Part shown: positions 63,847 to 64,000 of the stretch, piece by piece
How the letters are laid out: every line of letters starts with the position of its first letter
How positions within the stretch are numbered: the first letter of the stretch is position 1
Source: Anaerovoracaceae bacterium
GTDB lineage: Bacteria; Bacteroidota; Bacteroidia; Bacteroidales; Bacteroidaceae
DNA length: 64,000 nucleotides
Direction: 5' to 3'
Assembly: GCA_963617965.1 (NCBI GenBank)
Contig: CAVEQO010000006.1
Location: 1,504-65,503 of the forward strand
The notes under the pieces: model-generated
Databases searched by the model: none
What the model saw: only the letters and a program-made list of their open reading frames with translations
Told to the model about the DNA's origin: nothing
Translations under genes and position numbers: made by a program

Positions 63847-64000
63847 GGTTGTATTGTTACTCTAAACTATACAGAGTCGCTGGGACTCAGATTAGCAAAT
63901 AATCGTTGAATCTTACTAAGGTTTCCCACAGAAACAGGAGTGGAAGCAATTCCAAAGTGCAAAAGTACAAAATGCTTAAAAGAACGCCAAACGGATATGC

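Noticed and set aside
63847-64000. Terminal non-coding stretch checked for a tRNA or other RNA gene
   Set aside because: There is no T-loop (GGTTCGAATCC-like) or acceptor-stem pairing. It contains only a candidate -7 box (63960..63967, minus strand) 113 nt upstream of hemD, which is too distant to report with confidence.

Overview
This window reads as a syntenic core-genome stretch of a fairly GC-rich Bacteroidota (probably Bacteroidales) chromosome. The taxonomic call is an inference from three things: recurrent TAnnTTTG -7 promoter boxes 20-60 nt upstream of many start codons, two proteins ending in T9SS C-terminal sorting domains, and a GH97 SusB-like enzyme alongside rpoN and a long-form ispG. 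I support 46 protein-coding genes, nearly all recognisable housekeeping or envelope functions: topA (partial), aroK, speA, argB, tyrS, fabG, hppA, cobB, rnr, rpoN, purE, ispG, dfx, sbcCD, sdaA, trpB2, priA, yidD, rnpA and hemD. I found no rRNA, tRNA, CRISPR array, transposase, integrase, phage gene or recognisable defence island, and no non-coding gap exceeds about 280 nt. I therefore do not claim a new multi-gene system. The best candidate for novelty is a pair of giant secreted modular enzymes about 39 kb apart. One is a papain-like cysteine peptidase (8665..12693) and the other a GH2 glycosidase (51393..57182). Both carry the same collinear ~1000-aa tail (beta-sandwich, LamG, 3x PKD, LamG, T9SS CTD) on unrelated catalytic heads. 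Secondary curiosities:
- A perfect (GTAGCC)9 repeat encodes a (GY)9 tyrosine cluster in the Wzc-type kinase.
- The Wza-Wzc pair is isolated from any polysaccharide synthesis genes.
- An Aur1/PAP2_3-like lipid enzyme is present.
- The sbcD-sbcC operon is extended by an orphan ORF and a PduO-type adenosyltransferase.
- A BACON-NPCBM protein is packed tightly with an unknown polytopic membrane protein and YqaA.
All family assignments rest on motif recognition by eye; no database search was run.
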